A stretch of 63,976 nucleotides of DNA, the filler included, from Fonticula-like sp. SCN 57-25 (taxonomy: Eukaryota): assembly GCA_001724245.1 (NCBI GenBank). It is 4 parts of 4 records of this genome, joined end to end, with 100 filler letters (N's around TTAATTAATTAA, not from the genome) between each part and the next. Parts side by side here need not be neighbours in the genome. Positions count along the whole stretch, not along the records: positions 48,615 to 63,976 come from MEDX01000139.1; 3 more parts are not named here. One strand, 5' to 3'. Under the pieces are notes generated by a model. The model had not been told where the DNA came from, did no database searches, and was given only the letters and a program-made list of their open reading frames with translations. Shown one piece after another: positions 58,327-63,976 of the stretch (position 1 is its first letter; each line of letters begins with the position of its first letter). A program made the translations under genes and the position numbers.

Positions 58327-61159
58327 ATGCAACCGCAGCGGCCACCGTCGGGGAACAGCAATGACCCTTTCAGTCAGTTCATGCCCTTCCAAAGCACCGC
58401 TGGTGCAGCCGCGCAGCCGATGAACGCTAGCATGGCCGCTCCACGTCCGCAGCATGCGCCGTACGAATTTGTTTTTTCTTTGCGGCGCCTCGTCTAACCC
58501 CATTCCTTTTCAGAACCGGTGCACCTGCGCAGAAACCTGACTTGTTTAACTCGATCGCGCGGAATGCGGGAACTACGAGCTCAACGCCGTCCCCTCACCC
58601 ATCATATACGCCCGCCACCTACGGGCGCCCGTCGCCTACGACGTCGACTGCTCCCTGGAAGCCGGCTGCTACACCCGCTTCTCGGTCTAGTACAACGACG
58701 CCGGCGCCGGTCAAAAGCAGCACGGACGCGTTTGCATCGTTGGTCGGAGATATGCACATTCACAGCAAGCAGCCATCGCCATCGGCATCTCATGCTGCCT
58801 CGCCTCTCAGCCACACGCCTACGATGGCGGCAGGAAGCAGCACTGCGCAAACCTGGGACTTTGGTATCTTTGAGACGTCGTCTGGCAGTAGCGCTGCTAC
58901 CACGGCTTCTCCTACGCAGTCCCCTACGGTGGGCTCCAAAGGAACCATTTTTGATGATGACCCGTTTGGCATTGTCGGCAATGTTGCCAGCGCGCCGGCT
59001 CCGGTTTCGACCGCGCCCGCGGTGCCGTCTGCAACGGCGTCGGTGGCCGGCGTGCACGCTGACGTACTTAACCTAGTCCCGTCGGCGCCACTTGCTCATA
59101 CGCCGATTGATGACCTTGATGACTTTTTCCGGGGAGGGCCGGCTCCGACGGCTGCTCCTGCTGCCCCGTCTACCTCCGTTCCTCTTGCGGAAATTACACC
59201 CTCCCCTGTTCCCGCACGTACCCCGTCTCCTTCTGTCCCTGAGAAAACCCCGTCGCCCGCACCGCAACCACAGGCGGCGCCGCGATCGCCAGATGTGAGC
59301 TCGGTCTCGCGTGTGGATGAGACTCCGGCTCTTCCTCCACGCTCGTCCTCAGGTACCGCATTGCCTGCTCGCCAGCAGCCGTCCGGTAAAGAGCATCACC
59401 AGCAGCAGCAGCAGTCGCGCTCTACTGGGGCGTCTGTGACATCCATGTTTGGCAAATTGGCTAGTAAGGCGAAGGGTGCTATCAGTGAAGCAAAGATTGC
59501 ATTGGATCGTCGCCTCCAGGAGGAGAAGGAGGCCCGTGTCCCCGCGCACCTCATTTCGCAGCTGGTCGAGATGGGCTTCAAGGCTGATGATGCGCGGGTG
59601 GCTTTGGCTAGAACCGATAATAACGTACGAGATGCTATTGATATTCTTGGCGGACAGGAGGATTCCGCTCCGGCGATGCCGGCTTCGCGCCCCGTCTCGG
59701 CCAACGTTTCGAGTGCGTCACTGGATTCGCCCTCGGCGAACTCCCGGCAAGAGGCTGTGGACTCTCGTCAGGCGGACGTTGCTCGGCTTGTTGATATGGG
59801 CTTTACGGTTGCTGATGCAAAAGCAGCGCTTGATTATACCAAGGGCGATGTCAATCGAGCTGCTGACGCTTTGCTTGCGCATCGCGCCAAGCAAGAGGCA
59901 CGGCGAAGTGCGGCAGCAAAGGCGCCCAGTGCAAACGCGGCCCCGGCCCCGCGCCAGCCAGATCCCCGGCCTAAGCAAGAGCGCAGTGCGGCACCGGTTC
60001 AGCAACGACAGGAGCCACCGAGGAGCACAACGCAGTCTCCCAAGATTTCTGCTGCTCCTACGAGTCCACCGCTCCCGGCTGATGTTGAGCAGCGCGTTAC
60101 TGAGCACAAGAATCGCGGAAATGATCTTTTTAAGGCAGGAAATTATGACGCGGCTCTCGGTGCGACGGTTTCATAATTGTTTGCTCAATTGCTAATGCTT
60201 CATTTAGAGCAATATACAACGGCGATTAAGGGCGTTCCGGCCGGCCACTCTGCTCTTATTCCGCTGTTGAATAACCGTGCTGTGTGCTATCTGAAGGCAA
60301 ATATTTACAAGCCCTGTATCGCGGATTGCATGTCCGTTTTGGAAATGTCGCCGTCAGATACCAAGGCACTGTTGCGTCGTGCGCAGGCCTACGAGGCCAC
60401 CGAGTCGTTGGATCTGGCGTTGGCAGATTTCCGCTCCGTTTCCTCGCTCTCTCCTGGTGACAGGATGGCCGTTGATGGTGTTCAGCGAATTCAAAAGGGT
60501 GCGGGCGGTGCTTTCGGCTTTGTTTGAGGCTAACATGGTGATTGGCAGCCTTGGTGCTTTTGGAGAAGGCTCGCGAGAATGAGCGCAACGCCCCTGCTGC
60601 TCCTGTTATCGACGAAACGCATGACGCGCTCTTTGGGTCGCAGACGGAGGCGACGCCGTCGGCACCCGCACCTCGCCGCGTCAACGTTCATGAAATGACA
60701 TTGGAGGACATTGTCGGTGATGTGACGAGCATGTCCGCCGATACCTCAGCGACAGGTGCTGCTGAGCCTGCTGGTATTGATCCGAATTTCAAGTCTGAAG
60801 GTCTGGAGCGTTTGCGCGAGCGCGAGGCTGCTGCCAAGCAGGAAGAGGCTGAAAAGGATGCTGTTTCGGATGATGTTGAAGCGCGTTTGTCCGCCTGGCG
60901 TTTGCGCAAGGAGGGAAACATTCGCGCCTTGCTTTCCTCTCTGGATATGATTCTGTGGCCTGAGCTCTCATGGGCGAACGTTGGACTGCACGAGCTTGTG
61001 CAACCTTCGCAGGTGAAGATGAAGTACATGAAGGCGGTTAACAAGGTGCATCCGGACAAGATGTCAAACGCCACTGTGGAGCAGAAATTGCTTGCATCTG
61101 GAGTCTTTTACACGCTCAACATGGCCTATGATGCATTCCGTGCTCAGAACGGTTTGTAG
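58327..61159 (+). CDS. Auxilin-like clathrin-uncoating co-chaperone of Swa2 type (DPF motifs, 2x UBA, TPR, C-terminal J domain)
   Basis: DPF/DDFF motifs, QLVEMGF and RLVDMGF UBAs, KNRGNDLFKAGNY/NNRAVCYLK/KALLRRAQAYE TPRs, and KEGNIRALLSSL..LWP..YMKAVNKVHPDK. Confidence 0.88.
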
Positions 61160-61383
61160 GCGGACAGTTTTTTTTGTCGTTTTTTGCTCGTTCTTTTATG
61201 CCGTCACCATGTTCTACCTTGTCCAGACACGGCCTGGAATACTAAATAAATATATATCATCAATAATGTTTAATCATTGTTAATTTCAGAACCGCTGATG
61301 ATTTCGGAGTGGGGTGGGATATATTAATGGTGGAGGTGGTGACAAGGAGGAGGAGGACACACATGCTGAACGCGTTTAGACAC

Positions 61384-61890
61384 CTACCAGGGAGCCGTAA
61401 AGGGATCCACATCTTCGTAGGAGACACACAGTCCAAAGTCCTTCTTTTCGCCGAGCACCTTGATATCCACTCGGTGGTTTTCGTACGAGAAGATGCGTGG
61501 CTCGAACGAGTTGGTGCCAAGAAGAGACTTGCTGAGCTTTTCAACAGTATTAAGGACTGACGTATGACCCTTCGAAAGTTTTGTCGAGTCATCAGGCGGG
61601 CAGGGCACATGCCTGTACCCACCATTAGGAAGCCGAATGTAGATCCAGCAGGTATCGTCCATCCATGACATCTTTATAGTAGCCAAGTAGGGGACGCAGT
61701 GGTCTTTGAAACGGTACTTCATTTTGTACTCTTGGCCGAATCTAGGGCGGTATCCTTCCTCGATTTTCGTAAGGCATTTGCGTGCGCCGGGGTGAGCAGT
61801 TGATAGAAAATTCGCAAGAATCTCGTCCAGACGGCGAATGGTGGAAGTCCCAAAATGCCCATTACAGGTATCGTTTTTGGCTTGACACAT
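61384..61890 (-). CDS. Orphan protein (~168 aa), no family recognised
   Basis: ATG at 61890 (MCQAKNDTCNGHFG...DPFTAPW*). Globular-looking composition and coding-like codon usage, with a pyrimidine-rich leader upstream. Confidence 0.5.
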   Translation of the reverse strand: MCQAKNDTCNGHFGTSTIRRLDEILANFLSTAHPGARKCLTKIEEGYRPRFGQEYKMKYRFKDHCVPYLATIKMSWMDDTCWIYIRLPNGGYRHVPCPPDDSTKLSKGHTSVLNTVEKLSKSLLGTNSFEPRIFSYENHRVDIKVLGEKKDFGLCVSYEDVDPFTAPW

Positions 61891-62113
61891 CTCAGCAACG
61901 CGTAGCAAGGGTAGAGAGCGCAGCTTATGCTCCCAAACGGAAGAGATGCTGATGTGATGAGGGAGGAGGCGAACCTTGCTGGGGTTGTAGATGTTTATTG
62001 ACTTGCAGAGAGTAGAGATCAGAGAGAGGTACGAGAGCAAAGACGAAGGAAGACAAAGGACACGTGAGCTACAAAAGAGTATACGAGGAGGAATGGTGAC
62101 ATAGGTGTGCAAT

Positions 62114-62800
62114 GGTGACAGATGGACGGAATGCTGACAGTCTCAATAAAGGATGACCATTGACATGACCACGAATCCTGTGATCGGTATAGTACTGAAA
62201 CGACACAGCGTTAGTTTCAAGAGCTAATGTGACGAACCTTTGTGATGTTGCTCATAAACCATTAAGCATAGTCGTCACACAAGGAGACACTGGCAAAACG
62301 AGCAAGCTGGGTCGGCACTACTGCACAGCAGTGTGCCCGAACTTGTGTTGTTCCACAAAAAGATAGAACACAAATGAACAGTGCCACGACCAGTCCGAGA
62401 AAAGCTGCGAGGCGCGCGCGTTGTCCTGCTGGCATGGGCGTCCTGCCAGACAGCTGCAGTGCGCGCTATTGGTTCTGCATGTAGACGTCATACAAAGCGA
62501 AGCGCGTGTGCGGGTGAGCGACGGTGTTGACTCGATCGAGGGACGTCGTCTGGACCGATGGTCGACCCGAAGGGATCCGTCGGAGACCCTGATTGAACGC
62601 GAATAACCGGTGCTCATATCTCCACGAATAGAAAGATGATTCACGGTGCGTTCGAGAGCTCGTGACGAGGCGAGTCGAATGATGCCACTCGGAGGGATGA
62701 CGCGCATGGTGCCGGAGGGCGCGGCAAATACGGGAGTGGTGGAGATGGTTCTTGACAGTGACGACTGCGGGGGGACCAAGTCAAGGAAGGTTGTTAGAGG
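62114..62800 (+). repeat. Left arm of a diverged inverted duplication (partner ~63430-63976)
   Basis: Core 62502-62724 aligns with the reverse complement of ~63536-63790 (e.g. GCGACGGYGTTGACTCGMTCGAGGG, CCGATGGTCGACC, GGTGCTCATATCTC, GGTGCGTTCGRGAGCTCGYGACGAGRCGAGTCGAATGATG). Outer blocks GGTGACAGAT, ATGTGACGWACCT and TCGTCACAC are also shared. Confidence 0.85.
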
Positions 62801-63429
62801 GGAATGAATAATGTATGTCACTAGAAACACTTTCACCAAGGCAGTTATGAATCATATGATTGTGGAATGGTGTGGCTAGATCACGGAGTCTTGCCACTGC
62901 TCTTTCTGTGACGAAACACTACGACGCAATGTTCAGTATGGATACGGCGCGCTGTATTGGTTTAAAAGAAGGCAAGCAAGCCTGGTCTCTTCTTGCATTT
63001 CATTGTCCTTTTCGAGTGTGCCAAAATAGAGGTCGTGGCCGCCGCGTATGCTCATATTATTGCACGTTGTGTTCATTGCAATACTCCGTAGCACCCTGTG
63101 AAGTCCACTCACACTGTTCAAACAGACCGATTCTTTTTGCTGCCATTTTGTATTGGGTCTGACTCTCGAATCTTGCACAAATCCTGCATGATTCGATCCA
63201 ATCATTTACCAAGAGCATAGATGATTGGTGGAGAATGATCTTAGATCCATGAGACATAAACAGGCTTTCGGCTATGTTCCGCTCTGAGACTTTGGCGTGT
63301 GCGTCCTATGTGTTGCTTGCTGCCTCCTTTTACTATCGTGACCCCACTGTCCTTCGCATGTTTTTTTTACCCAGCAACCTTTCCCGGTGCGTCGTGACAA
63401 CTCGAACCGTTACGATAACTTTTTTCCCG

Positions 63430-63976
63430 TGGCAATCCTCTCTCTGCACCATCCTGCACAATGATCAGCCCTCCTCCGCCACATTATAGGTTGTAACTGC
63501 CCTGTTAGCCGCCCTCCACCTCTCACCTACACGAGCAGCATCCTCCCGCACCGCACGCATCGCTCCCCTGAACAACATCATTCGACTCGTCTCGTCGCGA
63601 GCTCCCGAACGCACCCTGAACCATCGGTCTACGACACGTACTCGCTGAGATATGAGCACCTGCTCTGCTATACGCGATTTTCAGGAATTACCAACGGAAT
63701 CGTGATTTCTGACACACCCTTCACGGTCGACCATCGGACCCAACGAGGGCCCTCGAGCGAGTCAACGCCGTCGCCGACCCACACACGCGCACACATGTGC
63801 TGCGCTTATCAGGAGTTTCACACGTGTGACGATTGTACTTTGTGTATTGCTTTAGGTACGTCACATAGTCTCTGTGTACTCACATCGTGTGGCATCAGAT
63901 GTGCAACGCATCACATCCACCATTGGTTTGTCAGCACTCCAATCGATGAGTCAGCTTCCGATCTGTCACCTGTCAT
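63430..63976 (-). repeat. Right arm of the inverted duplication (runs off the window end)
   Basis: See left arm. Homology continues to the last bases (TCAGCTTCCGATCTGTCACC vs 62114-62140). Confidence 0.85.

Noticed and set aside
62318..62839. 173-aa ORF within the left arm of the inverted duplication
   Set aside because: Arg/Ser-rich, and the homologous frame in the right arm has stops and frameshifting indels, so conservation is not at protein level.
62502..63790. MITE/foldback element with ~250-bp TIRs
   Set aside because: Homology extends beyond the putative TIR ends in both directions, with no sharp boundary or TSD. An old inverted segmental duplication fits better, though a TE origin is not fully excluded.
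1..63976. Non-standard genetic code or pseudogenisation suggested by fragmented ORFs
   Set aside because: The breaks I examined are explained by short spliceosomal introns, and TAA, TAG and TGA all serve as terminal stops.

Overview
Eukaryotic, gene-dense, GC-rich genomic DNA made of four contigs (1-15914, 16015-32569, 32670-48514, 48615-63976) joined by an artificial 100-bp N44-TTAATTAATTAA-N44 linker, so nothing can be inferred across the joins. About 28 protein-coding genes can be reconstructed. Most are split by ~45-60-nt spliceosomal introns (GTRCG donors, CTRAC-like branch points, YAG acceptors), and many sit in very tight head-to-head pairs. Gene content is a mosaic of 'animal-type' genes (cyclin E with RSRKRK NLS, SHANK-like SPN-ankyrin protein, ARHGAP12-type RPEL RhoGAP, CC2D1/Lgd, spatacsin, RABL3, DDX20) and 'fungal-type' genes (fungalysin M36, Swa2-type UBA-TPR-J auxilin, Irc21-like cytochrome b5). 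This suggests an early-branching unicellular opisthokont or close relative (inference, not proven). The most interesting non-coding signals are: a cluster of E2F sites upstream of cyclin E plus CDE-N4-CHR/CCAAT/AACGG elements elsewhere (a DREAM/MuvB-like cis-code); two recurrent promoter motifs (TGCAAACT and CACCCCNGAC); ~10-11-bp phased A/T-tract introns; and a diverged inverted duplication of the TGACA-rich upstream region of an orphan gene at the window end. No rRNA, tRNA, CRISPR or intact transposon was seen. All gene models were derived by eye and family assignments rest on recalled motifs, not database searches.
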